This document shows, piece by piece, positions 18,098 through 26,734 of a DNA stretch of 41,343 nt. The notes under the pieces were generated by a model, which saw nothing but the letters and a program-made list of their open reading frames with translations, was not told the DNA's origin and made no database searches. The stretch lies in the IMG/VR virus record IMGVR_UViG_3300050030_000016. One strand, given 5' to 3'. The first letter of the stretch is position 1. Each line of letters begins with the position of its first letter. The position numbers and the translations under genes were made by a program. Source of the stretch: a virus.

Positions 18098-19564
18098 ATG
18101 GCAACAGTAAATCAAGATAACCAAGACCCTAACCAACAAAACCCGGCTGGCGGTCCCGTTAGCATATCGGGGACAGCGGGCGCGTCTGCAAGCGCAGGAC
18201 AAGGCGCAGGAGTAGGCGGAGGAGCACCGGGAGCGGCTTCCCCCGTTTCTGCTGTTCAACCCCAGACGAACCAGGGGTATACGGATGTTGGGTCGTATCT
18301 TGATGCCAACCAGGCTGGTAGTGCAAAGATGGGATCGGATGTCGCTGGAAATCTATCGACCAAATATAACCAAACGCAAGGCGGCATCAATCAGTCGGCC
18401 AACGATGTAATCAACCAAGTGAATCAGGGATACACAAAATCAAACTCCGATTTAATCAGCCAGGTCGCCGCTAACCCTACAGCCGCCGCTTCCAATCCCG
18501 ACACTTTGTCGCAGTTTCAGGGACAACTAAACGATACCTATACCGGTCCTACAAGCTGGGCCGATCAGGGCACACAACAGGGTAACGTAGCTAACGCTCA
18601 ACAGTACGCAAATCTATCGACTACGCCCGGCGGTTTAAATGTGTACGCCCAGGAACTAGAGGGCCCCCAGGCGTCCCAGGGCGTCAATCAACTTGATACC
18701 ATGCTCCTTGGCGGAAGTCCAACGGCCATGGGGAGCATCAAGGCAGCCGCTGATCCGTACTCGACCCTCACTGACTATCTGAACTCACAGGGGACAGGCA
18801 TAACAAACGCCATAGGGCAGGGACAGTCTGCCGCTCAGAATGCCTCCCAGGGTGCCCTGGATGCGTTTACAGGGGCTAACGGAGCCTACACTAACCTGAA
18901 TAACCAAATAGGAAACGAGACCGCCGCAGCCACGACAGCACAACAAGCGGGAGCACAGCAACAGAAGGATATCCTTGCCGGTATTAACAGCGGTACGTTA
19001 AATCCGGATCAACTTAAGGCATTAGGCATGACATCGGATCAGTACGGGGCTTTAAATGCCGCCGAACAAAGGGCTAATACCGGTCAATATATGACGGCAC
19101 CTAACTTCGGGAATATGTCTGCAACTGGAACTACGGATCTCGGGCAGTATCTAAACCAGAACGCTGGGACAGCTCCCCAAGCGGGAACAGTTGCGAGCCC
19201 CCAGGAATACGCTCAGATGAACGCCATCCAACAGCTTTTAGGTAGCAAAATGCCGACAGGTGGGGCTATTAATCCTGCCCTGGCCTCTCTTGCGGGTACG
19301 TACAACCCCAGCGCCGCTACCAATACTTTTGATTACGCAGGGGCGCTTCAAGGGGCTACAGACCTAGGGGACCAAGAAAGAGCCGCCGCACAAGCCATGT
19401 CTAACCAAACGTCCGGGGCGGCTCAGGCCCAGCACGACGCGGGCAAGAGCAGCCTGGCAGGGAAGGTTGGGAAAGTAGCTGGAACAGTATTTCCTGTAGC
19501 CGGTGCTGCCAATGCAGCAGCCGCGTTAGCCGGTAAGAAAGTGACAGACCAATATAAGAAATAA
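18098..19564 (+). CDS. Gln/Asn/Ala/Gly-rich protein, candidate internal virion/ejection protein
   Basis: 488 aa, extreme Q/N/A/G/T composition. Positioned after the tail-tube genes, as with podovirus core proteins. Confidence 0.5.
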   Translation: MATVNQDNQDPNQQNPAGGPVSISGTAGASASAGQGAGVGGGAPGAASPVSAVQPQTNQGYTDVGSYLDANQAGSAKMGSDVAGNLSTKYNQTQGGINQSANDVINQVNQGYTKSNSDLISQVAANPTAAASNPDTLSQFQGQLNDTYTGPTSWADQGTQQGNVANAQQYANLSTTPGGLNVYAQELEGPQASQGVNQLDTMLLGGSPTAMGSIKAAADPYSTLTDYLNSQGTGITNAIGQGQSAAQNASQGALDAFTGANGAYTNLNNQIGNETAAATTAQQAGAQQQKDILAGINSGTLNPDQLKALGMTSDQYGALNAAEQRANTGQYMTAPNFGNMSATGTTDLGQYLNQNAGTAPQAGTVASPQEYAQMNAIQQLLGSKMPTGGAINPALASLAGTYNPSAATNTFDYAGALQGATDLGDQERAAAQAMSNQTSGAAQAQHDAGKSSLAGKVGKVAGTVFPVAGAANAAAALAGKKVTDQYKK

Positions 19565-19576
19565 AGGACTATTAAC

Positions 19577-20959
19577 ATGGCAAGCGGAATATTAGGCGGA
19601 GTAGGCGATTTTCTTGGAATGAAGAATGGCGCGGGGGCGTCGGAATCAGCAAAGGCAGTTGCCGCCCTTGAAGCAATCGGGGTTCCTAACGCCAGTCAGT
19701 TAACCCTACCCGAGCTCCAAAAGTATGTCTCGGCTGGCGTCTTAACTCCCCAGCAATATCAGGCGATTAGCGCCGACCCCAATTCCTATAAACAGATTAC
19801 GGATGCCACGGATCAAAGTGGCACGAATGCCCAGAAGGCCGCTCTACAGCAGTTAGGCAGTATTTCCCAGGCCGGCGGCTCTACTCCGATCAACCAGGCG
19901 AATCTGCTCAACAACGTTAACCAGACGAACCAGGCTATGCAAGCGGCACGATCCGGGATTATGGAAAACGCCCAGGAGCGCAATGTCTCCGGCGGCGGAA
20001 TGGATTTGATGAATCAATTGATGAATGAGCAGTCTAACGCCAATACCGCGAATAGTGGTGCGGTTAATGCCGCAGCGAATAACGCCCAACTAGGACTAAA
20101 CGCTCTAGCCCAACAGGGCACAGTCGGATCTAGTTTACAGGGCCAAGCGAATCAGATGTCCCAGGCACAGGCACAAGCGGCACAGCAGATTGGGCAGTAT
20201 AACAGCCAATTGCAGAGCCAAGCAAATCAATACAACACGGAGCAAGCGAACCAGGCGCAACAGATGAATCTGGCTAACGCGCAGGGCATCTCGGGGGCAA
20301 ATACCGATCTAGCGAATCAAAGAACGCAATACAATGCAGCGGTGCCCCAGACCGTTTACCAGGATCAGATGCAGAAGGCGACAGGGGTAGCGAACGCCTA
20401 CCAGAATCAGGGTCAAATGGCGCAAAACGCCCAGAACAATCAGAACGCCGCTTATGGTAATCTACTTGGAACGGGTGCAAAGCTTGGGGCCGCATATATG
20501 ACAGGCGGAGCGTCGGCGGCTGCTCCCGCAGTAGCCGGTGCGACAAATAAAACTACCGCCTCAGACGGTTATAACGCCGCCCACGGAGGGGAAGTACCGA
20601 ATATGTGCCATGGTGGAACTTGCTACGCGGAAGGCGGAGAAGTCCACGATCACAACCTTTGTATGATGGCCGGTGGGGGTGTCCCTGGGGATGATTCACA
20701 GATGGACCCCGGCGTAGACTCTACCGAAAATGATACAGTACCGGCTAATTTGTCTCCGCACGAGATTGTGCTTCCTAGATCTGTAGCCCAGGCCCCGGAT
20801 GCCCCGCAACAGGCCGCACAGTTCGTACAGGGCATTAAAGGCGGCCAACAGCCCCAGGATATGGCCGGATTGTCGCCAACGGTCGGATCATTTCAAGAAG
20901 CATTAAAGATACTTGAAGCGAACGGTTTGGAGCTTCGATTGACCTCGGGGAGTAACTAA
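19577..20959 (+). CDS. Gln/Asn-rich protein with His/Cys/Gly-rich C-terminal segment, candidate internal virion protein
   Basis: 460 aa. C-terminus HGGEVPNMCHGGTCYAEGGEVHDHNLCMMAGGG...DTVPANLSPHEIVLP. Confidence 0.5.
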   Translation: MASGILGGVGDFLGMKNGAGASESAKAVAALEAIGVPNASQLTLPELQKYVSAGVLTPQQYQAISADPNSYKQITDATDQSGTNAQKAALQQLGSISQAGGSTPINQANLLNNVNQTNQAMQAARSGIMENAQERNVSGGGMDLMNQLMNEQSNANTANSGAVNAAANNAQLGLNALAQQGTVGSSLQGQANQMSQAQAQAAQQIGQYNSQLQSQANQYNTEQANQAQQMNLANAQGISGANTDLANQRTQYNAAVPQTVYQDQMQKATGVANAYQNQGQMAQNAQNNQNAAYGNLLGTGAKLGAAYMTGGASAAAPAVAGATNKTTASDGYNAAHGGEVPNMCHGGTCYAEGGEVHDHNLCMMAGGGVPGDDSQMDPGVDSTENDTVPANLSPHEIVLPRSVAQAPDAPQQAAQFVQGIKGGQQPQDMAGLSPTVGSFQEALKILEANGLELRLTSGSN

Positions 20960-20960
20960 T

Positions 20961-22052
20961 ATGGAAAAGCCAATTGAAGAGAAGTCACCCGTTGCAAAAA
21001 TGATCGACGATTTGCATGAAAAGTTCATCCGTAGCCAAGGAGATAACGGCACGTTCCCAAAATGGGAAAAAGGGATTAAAGCCGGTAACAAGCCCCCTTC
21101 GCTGGGCGATAAGAACCCCAACGAGAAAAGGGGAATGAAAGAAGAGGCCGGGAACTATTCGACCGGCGGAGAAGCACTCCACAAGATGATCGATACTACG
21201 GACATTCCAGCCCCCATTGGTCCTATGGACGCTCCTGCGGGACCGCCGACGGACGAGGGACCGGGTCCAGACGTTCCCCAGTCTCAAAACTCCTCATTAA
21301 CCGATACGGTAGGAGCGCTTAACCATGCCCCTGACACTAACTATGACTTTTATGGTAATACGGGATCAGATCAAAGGGCAGCCCTATACAAACAACTCCT
21401 AGATCAGCAACGTTCTCCCGGTAACCTTATTGCCCAGGGAATCGGCGGTATTGGCGACGCGTTTTCGGCCCTAGGCGGAAAAAGTACTGATTTCCAAGAC
21501 AAGGCAAGGGGTATTTCGACCGAGAACACGGCTAATCGAATCGGCGCTATGGATGTCCAGCGTCAACAGAAGTTGCAGGATTTACAGGGCAACCAAGAGG
21601 CACAGTTAGCCGATCCTAAATCCCCTATGAGCCGATCCATTATCGCCTCGGCTAGAGGGGCGGGTATGAACGTCGGCAGCCTTATGCCGGGAAACATGGT
21701 ACTAAAGATGATGGGTCCAATGGCTGACTTTGCCTTGAAGAAAGCAACGATAGATATGACGGGCGAACACTACAAAGCGGAGGAAGCGAATTACGAGGCC
21801 ACGAGGGCTTTGGAAGACAAGCGGATTGGCGTTACCGCCGCAAATCAAGGCAGAGAGGCCACGCTAGGGGCGGCCGGAAAATTAGCGGGTCGCGGGATGT
21901 TTAAAAGGCTTACGGATGCTGTAATTGGAGATCCTGGGACGCAGGCTTTAGAGGCGCAAGTAGCAGGGGGACAACCGGGCCAGCCTATGACGGCGACAAA
22001 TTCAATGGGGCATAAGATCACTTCGACAGACGGTGGCCAAACATGGCAGTAA
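20961..22052 (+). CDS. candidate internal virion protein
   Basis: 363 aa, 1 nt after the previous stop. Has a Pro-rich linker. No motif. Confidence 0.5.
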   Translation: MEKPIEEKSPVAKMIDDLHEKFIRSQGDNGTFPKWEKGIKAGNKPPSLGDKNPNEKRGMKEEAGNYSTGGEALHKMIDTTDIPAPIGPMDAPAGPPTDEGPGPDVPQSQNSSLTDTVGALNHAPDTNYDFYGNTGSDQRAALYKQLLDQQRSPGNLIAQGIGGIGDAFSALGGKSTDFQDKARGISTENTANRIGAMDVQRQQKLQDLQGNQEAQLADPKSPMSRSIIASARGAGMNVGSLMPGNMVLKMMGPMADFALKKATIDMTGEHYKAEEANYEATRALEDKRIGVTAANQGREATLGAAGKLAGRGMFKRLTDAVIGDPGTQALEAQVAGGQPGQPMTATNSMGHKITSTDGGQTWQ

Positions 22053-23614
22053 ATCTTCCCCCCGGCTACACCCTTGACAGCGCGGCTCCCCCGTCGTTAC
22101 CGCCCGGTTACACGTTGGATAGCCCAGATCAAGGACAATCTCCAACTGCGCCTTACACGGGGGAACATCCTGGCTTAGCCACGGAAGAACAGGTAAGAAA
22201 CGAGCCGGGTTTACAGGACGTTAGCGTTCAAGACGCCATGGCGGTCCAAGGGGTAGCCGGATTGGGTAAACTAGGGGCCGGATTAGCGGCCAGAGGAGTC
22301 GGGGCGGGATTAGAAGCCATATCTCCCAACATACTGCCATCCATACAAGAAACCGCGAATAGCCAATTGTTAAAGTCCCTTGGGACCGGCGCAAAAGAGA
22401 TCCGTGGATTGATGGGTGATAAGGGTTTAGTCGAAGGACCACAGGCGGTAGAGAACGCCGCTAATGTGGCCCGGAAAGCTGGGTTAGACGATCTTATCAG
22501 CACAGGAAGAGGACGAAGAGAAGACCTGGCAAATTACATTAAACAACAGGGCCAGAACATTGGGAACCTAAGACAAGAGGCCGGTCAAGCCTCCCCCGAT
22601 CTGCTAGATAATGTAGCGGCGTCCATAAAGCCAAAATATAACGCTGTCAACCCCGATGTTTTTTCAGGCGAGGCCTCGGACGTTCCGGTAGCACAAAATA
22701 CCGTCAGTAATATCGCAAATAAACTGGGACCAAACACTAAATCTCTATATCATGGGTCTAACGCCGATTTTAATAGCTTTGACCTGGGAACGGGGCGAGA
22801 AGGGGAAACGGTGGATAAACTGGGGCATTTCTTTGCCCCTACGGCTGAGGAGGCCGGTTCATACGGAAAAAATGTCAACCAGTTTAATGTCACTTTAAAT
22901 AATCCCTTCAAAACAAACATCGTCGATCTAACGACGGCGGCCCAGAAAGGTGGCCCCGCTGCTTTGCGCACTAGTTTACAAAAGGCGGGTTACGATGGGA
23001 TAGAGGTTAGCGGGCCACAAGGGGAGCATTGGTCTTCTGTGGCCTTCGATAATTCCCAGATTAAACCCCCAGGGGCTACGAATGCCGATATAGCCAAAGG
23101 GATCACGGGGTTAAATAAATATGCCGCCGGGAACAGGGTAAATCTGCCTAAAAACGCCTTCACAGACTTCGCGGAGAAAGCGAGCGCGGCTAATGATGCC
23201 GAAATAGCTCAAAGTCTCGGACCCGATAAGGCGTCCGACTATTTAGATGCCCTTAACAACGAGTCCGGGGCCTTTCATCTGCAACCCGCTATGGCTCGGG
23301 GGTTTGTACGGGAGACGGTCAGCCGGGGGGGTCTTAATCCTATAACGGCTATCGCTCAAAAGGCCGCTGATCTCGGCGGAAATAGGTTGGCGTCCAAGGG
23401 CCTAAATGCAGTACATGGGGCCTTAACGAATACCGGGCCCGTGGATACCATCGTTAACACAATTAAAAATAATCCTGGCGCACTTGGAAAATATGCCCCC
23501 GCTCTACAGCAGGCCTTTCAGGACGGTGGGAGCCAAGGGGTTGCGGCTACTCATTATGTGCTATCCCTTCAGCATCCCGACTACAACGCCATGACCCAGG
23601 ATCAGGCGCAATAG
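22043..23614 (+). CDS. candidate ejected protein with ART-like central module
   Basis: 523 aa. N-terminal LPPGYTLDS x2. The central segment LYHGSNADFNSFD...GHFFAPTAEEAGSYG...VTLNNPF...GYDGIEV resembles ART-PolyVal-type ADP-ribosyltransferase modules. This is recall-based and not searched. Confidence 0.5.
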   Translation: MAVNLPPGYTLDSAAPPSLPPGYTLDSPDQGQSPTAPYTGEHPGLATEEQVRNEPGLQDVSVQDAMAVQGVAGLGKLGAGLAARGVGAGLEAISPNILPSIQETANSQLLKSLGTGAKEIRGLMGDKGLVEGPQAVENAANVARKAGLDDLISTGRGRREDLANYIKQQGQNIGNLRQEAGQASPDLLDNVAASIKPKYNAVNPDVFSGEASDVPVAQNTVSNIANKLGPNTKSLYHGSNADFNSFDLGTGREGETVDKLGHFFAPTAEEAGSYGKNVNQFNVTLNNPFKTNIVDLTTAAQKGGPAALRTSLQKAGYDGIEVSGPQGEHWSSVAFDNSQIKPPGATNADIAKGITGLNKYAAGNRVNLPKNAFTDFAEKASAANDAEIAQSLGPDKASDYLDALNNESGAFHLQPAMARGFVRETVSRGGLNPITAIAQKAADLGGNRLASKGLNAVHGALTNTGPVDTIVNTIKNNPGALGKYAPALQQAFQDGGSQGVAATHYVLSLQHPDYNAMTQDQAQ

Positions 23615-23796
23615 GTCATAAGCGATATTAGTATCCCCAGCGCGAGGATAACCAAGATAGGCGTTGGTATCTTTTTTAATACCGCGCTCCCGATCATGAG
23701 GGGAATAGCGATAATCCAACAGATGGCGATAACGCCGAAACAAACCGCCAGTATGATGAACGGTAAACAGAATATCGTCGCGGCTAATTCGATCAT
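23602..23796 (-). CDS. small multi-TM membrane protein, holin candidate
   Basis: ATG 23796 with SD AAAGGAGA is preferred over track start 23844. 64 aa with 2-3 hydrophobic spans (IFCLPFIILAVCFGVIAICWIIAIPLMIG...ILVILALGILISL). Its 3' end overlaps the end of the + operon by 13 nt. Confidence 0.6.
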   Translation of the reverse strand: MIELAATIFCLPFIILAVCFGVIAICWIIAIPLMIGSAVLKKIPTPILVILALGILISLMTYCA

Positions 23797-23833
23797 GGTA
23801 GTATCTCCTTTTATGTCTTTGTGTACACTATAG

Positions 23834-23860
23834 AGTATACCCAATAAGGTAGTTTGTCAA
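23834..23860 (-). promoter_or_regulatory. sigma70-like promoter (TTGACA-15-TATACT) for the holin-like gene
   Basis: Reverse complement reads tcccTTGACAaactaccttattgggTATACT. It has the same CCCTTGACAAA context as the three promoters at 36.7-38.4 kb, but the spacer is only 15 nt. Confidence 0.45.
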
Positions 23861-23870
23861 GGGAAATAAT

Positions 23871-24032
23871 ATGAAACTAAGTGATAGAATGGACCGGATC
23901 GAAGCGGCCGTCGAAAAGCATTTCGAGGAGTCCGGCGAGATCAGGGCGGATTTGAAGTGGTTGAAAAAGTCATTTTGGGCACTTGTGGCCCTGGTTGTAT
24001 CGGCTATAGTGCAGAGGTTCTTTCGCGGATAG
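23871..24032 (+). CDS. small protein with N-terminal helix and C-terminal TM (XhlA-like architecture; not in ORF track)
   Basis: 53 aa: MKLSDRMDRIEAAVEKHFEESGEIRADLKWLKKSFWALVALVVSAIVQRFFRG. SD-like AAGGGA upstream. Confidence 0.55.
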   Translation: MKLSDRMDRIEAAVEKHFEESGEIRADLKWLKKSFWALVALVVSAIVQRFFRG

Positions 24033-24041
24033 GTAATCCCA

Positions 24042-24248
24042 ATGAAACTATGCCCCAAGTGCAAGAAGTCAACAAGGGACCTACAAAAAATAGTTAGGGG
24101 GAAGAAGGGCAAGAAATACTTGATTACGTTCTGTGGAACCTGTTTATTCAACTTCGAGATAGAGGATAGCGACGGTGGAACGCTCCCGGCAGAGGTTATG
24201 CTTAAGCCGGGACTCCCGCTGTGGGAAAATGGGACATTCGTGTCATGA
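24042..24248 (+). CDS. zinc-ribbon protein
   Basis: 68 aa with CPKC...CGTC. The stop overlaps the next start (ATGA). Confidence 0.55.
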   Translation: MKLCPKCKKSTRDLQKIVRGKKGKKYLITFCGTCLFNFEIEDSDGGTLPAEVMLKPGLPLWENGTFVS

Positions 24249-24613
24249 TTATAAAAATCACTAGGCTGGATCAGACAATAGACGGTGTTTTTGGACATCT
24301 GGTTACGGATGGGTTCGATTGCGTTACTCTTGAGAATGGCAGGTTGGCGATACCTGTAGGCGAGTATCCTATAGAGATTTACGACTCCCCCCACGCGGGG
24401 CACCCCTTACCAATCCTTAAGAACGTTCCCGGCAGGGATTTTATCGAGATCCACTGTGGCAACCTTCCCGAAGACAGCAAGGGGTGTATTTTAGTCGGCC
24501 TGAAACGCGTTCAAGATACCGTCGAACAGTCGAAAATGGCGTTCTCCGTCCTATTCCCTATGATACAGGCCGCTGTAGGTCGAAAAGAGAAAATTACCTT
24601 AACCATTTACTAA
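24245..24613 (+). CDS. DUF5675-like protein with YkuD-type H.G...S.GC motif, endolysin candidate
   Basis: ATG 24245 (ATGA coupling) is preferred over track start 24221. IEIHCGNLPEDSKGCILVG matches the H-x-G-x6-S-x-G-C-I catalytic signature of L,D-transpeptidase-fold enzymes. Confidence 0.6.
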   Translation: MIIKITRLDQTIDGVFGHLVTDGFDCVTLENGRLAIPVGEYPIEIYDSPHAGHPLPILKNVPGRDFIEIHCGNLPEDSKGCILVGLKRVQDTVEQSKMAFSVLFPMIQAAVGRKEKITLTIY

Positions 24614-24879
24614 TTATCTACCCCCGCGCAGATGTCCCAGGACGGAGCGGGCTTTAGTGTATGCAGCCCCCTATCCGATATCTCGGATTTATCGGCCTTA
24701 CCCTCGACTATAGCGTACCACCTGAACTCGAATAGGTATGGCCCATAAACAAACATCTTGACCGGATAGGTTGTCAACTGGACCACGTTAGACAAAGTTC
24801 CGTATGCTTGTACCATGCGGAGCATCTTCCATTTTCTTTTTCTTACCTGCTCCCCTACCTCCGCCATAAACTCCCCCAT
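24610..24879 (-). CDS. hypothetical protein (last gene of leftward arm)
   Basis: The track ORF extends to 24951. An internal ATG at 24879, or at 24867 (GGGGGAG SD), is more likely. No motif. Confidence 0.45.
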   Translation of the reverse strand: MGEFMAEVGEQVRKRKWKMLRMVQAYGTLSNVVQLTTYPVKMFVYGPYLFEFRWYAIVEGKADKSEISDRGLHTLKPAPSWDICAGVDN

Positions 24880-24926
24880 CGTATTCTTTTCCGCCCTATA
24901 ACATACCGATAGTTTCACTTTACCCC

Positions 24927-25025
24927 CTAAAGAAACGGTGTAAATACACAAACAACCACCATATAATACACCACGATGGACAACGAAATGATTCCTATCA
25001 TAATGATGTAGTCTAGTTCGTCCAT
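24927..25025 (-). CDS. possible 32-aa hydrophobic mini-protein
   Basis: MDELDYIIMIGIISLSIVVYYMVVVCVFTPFL. The ATG lies inside the last codons of the protease gene. There is no clear SD, so this is speculative. Confidence 0.25.
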   Translation of the reverse strand: MDELDYIIMIGIISLSIVVYYMVVVCVFTPFL

Positions 25026-25651
25026 TTGCGGGCCCCCTTTAAAAACTCCCTAACTTCCTTAATTGGAATAGCCCCGCCCATCCCCTGGGCCGTATGAAAC
25101 GGATCTAGCCCTACCACGAACTGATTCACTCCAACCAGACTCCCATCCATGTCCACTAACGGCCCGCCACTGTTACCCGGATTGATTGAGGCGCTATGGA
25201 TTATTTTACCGTCGATAATATTCTCAACCCACCCGAAGCTGATCGTATGTTGCATCCCAAGTGGCGACCCAAAAGCCACAACCTGTTGTCCCCTCCTAAC
25301 ATCTCCCCCCAACTCAAAGTAAGGAACATCCGTTAAGACAGTAACGATTAGGGCCAGGTCGGCCTTCTCATCGTGAGCCACAACCACGCCTCTATATACC
25401 TTACCGCTATCGAGTTTTATATAGATCTTGGTCGACTTACCATGGTTTACAACGTGGTAGCATGTAAGGATTAGCCCCCCGCGTGTAATAAAGGCCCCAG
25501 ACCCACAACCCTCCCTATCCTCGCTAACCACGCCAACCTTAACGACCTTCTGTGCCGAGTTCCTAGCAACTTTCTCCGTCGTCCTGTCCCCTATGACGCA
25601 TGCAAACAATAGGACGGGAAGCAATGACAAGACTATCGTTTTAATCCTCAT
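25013..25651 (-). CDS. exported trypsin-like (S1/HtrA-type) serine protease
   Basis: ATG 25651 (GGGGGAGA SD, ATGA coupling) is preferred over 25693. Signal peptide MRIKTIVLSLLPVLLFAC. Catalytic triad contexts CYHVV (His), ADLALI (Asp) and GNSGGPLV (Ser). Confidence 0.8.
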   Translation of the reverse strand: MRIKTIVLSLLPVLLFACVIGDRTTEKVARNSAQKVVKVGVVSEDREGCGSGAFITRGGLILTCYHVVNHGKSTKIYIKLDSGKVYRGVVVAHDEKADLALIVTVLTDVPYFELGGDVRRGQQVVAFGSPLGMQHTISFGWVENIIDGKIIHSASINPGNSGGPLVDMDGSLVGVNQFVVGLDPFHTAQGMGGAIPIKEVREFLKGARKWTN

Positions 25652-26397
25652 TTGATTTTCTCCCCCGTAGTCCAGGCAAAGCAGCCCTGGCATTGGTAAC
25701 GATGGAACTTCCCTGTTTTCTTTACTTCATACCCCTTATGCCAGATCTTCGTCCCCGGTCCACATACCCGGCAATCAGTAGCGGGGAATGCGACGTTATG
25801 GACGTTTGGCATAGACTCGGGTGTCCATGCTTTGAGTTTTCCGTATAGTTCCTCAGTGGATAGAACATCGTAGATATTGTACCGTTTCATCTCATTCCAG
25901 GCCCTAATATCGCCATCCAGACAGCCCTTCCACAGACTCATACCAGGGAAGCTGTGGTGCAACTTCTTTTTGTACTTTGTGCACAATTTGTCTGTCAAGT
26001 ATTCTAGCTTGTTGGAAGTAAACCTGGCTACGCGCTTGGCGATCCTGTAAGTATCCAGATGTTTGTAGGGACTGGGCGGCTTCATGCCATTCATGATAAA
26101 CCTGGCATTGATAACACGACTGTCGAAACTCTGTCCGTTCTGCGTAATGGCAATATCCGCACTGTCTAGTAGTTTCCATAGTGGCTCCAGTATCGGCTTG
26201 TCCTTAGACATATCCTTAGCATTTCTCTGATCGTAGTACATGATCTTCGAAGCCGGTTCGCCCAACCACTTAGCCGACCATGCAAGCAGATACGTGTCAC
26301 TGACAATCTGATTGATAGCAATGAACTGATCCTTTAACTCCCAGACGTAGGCCACCATGGGCGCTGTCTCGATGTCGTACACTAAAACTTTATTCAT
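25648..26397 (-). CDS. DEDDy 3'-5' exonuclease with C-terminal zinc ribbon
   Basis: Exo I VYDIETAP, Exo II NGQSFDSRV, Exo III YNIYDVLSTE. C-terminal CRVC...CQGC. Confidence 0.75.
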   Translation of the reverse strand: MNKVLVYDIETAPMVAYVWELKDQFIAINQIVSDTYLLAWSAKWLGEPASKIMYYDQRNAKDMSKDKPILEPLWKLLDSADIAITQNGQSFDSRVINARFIMNGMKPPSPYKHLDTYRIAKRVARFTSNKLEYLTDKLCTKYKKKLHHSFPGMSLWKGCLDGDIRAWNEMKRYNIYDVLSTEELYGKLKAWTPESMPNVHNVAFPATDCRVCGPGTKIWHKGYEVKKTGKFHRYQCQGCFAWTTGEKIK

Positions 26398-26633
26398 ACG
26401 TTAGCCTCGGAGGTAAGACGTAGATTAACGAACTCGGCCAATTCTTTTACAAGGTACTTCCCATCGCGGTTTAATTTGTCTGACAGATAACATAACTGTG
26501 TTTCAGTTTTTCCCCGGCACGATATCTGTAGCTCGGCAGAAAAAACATTGAAAAATGTGCTTTGCATTTCATCGTCGGAGTGCGCTAGTTCTTTTGCGAG
26601 TACCGGGATCAATTCTCTTATCTCTATCCTCAT
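26394..26633 (-). CDS. hypothetical protein
   Basis: 79 aa with ATGA coupling at both ends. Confidence 0.55.
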   Translation of the reverse strand: MRIEIRELIPVLAKELAHSDDEMQSTFFNVFSAELQISCRGKTETQLCYLSDKLNRDGKYLVKELAEFVNLRLTSEANV

Positions 26634-26734
26634 TTCCCGAACCCCCTTAAAATTTCTTTAGCCGCATACCATTTGCCGACCTCGAACAGAATAATCGCAT
26701 TTCCCCAGAAGAAACTAGTTATATAGGCTCTCAT
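26630..26734 (-). CDS. 34-aa mini-protein (not in ORF track)
   Basis: MRAYITSFFWGNAIILFEVGKWYAAKEILRGFGK. ATGA overlaps at both ends fill an otherwise empty 97-nt gap. Confidence 0.45.
   Translation of the reverse strand: MRAYITSFFWGNAIILFEVGKWYAAKEILRGFGK

Noticed and set aside
22066-22076. CCCTTGACAG on the + strand resembling the promoter -35 box
   Set aside because: It lies inside a CDS, where it encodes TLDS of a peptide repeat. No -10-like hexamer is found 15-19 nt downstream.
23828-24403. 191-aa ORF on the - strand across the lysis island
   Set aside because: Ser/Pro-rich low-complexity translation with no SD. It overlaps three + strand ORFs that have recognisable features (TM helix, CxxC zinc ribbon, H.G..S.GC motif) and ATGA coupling.
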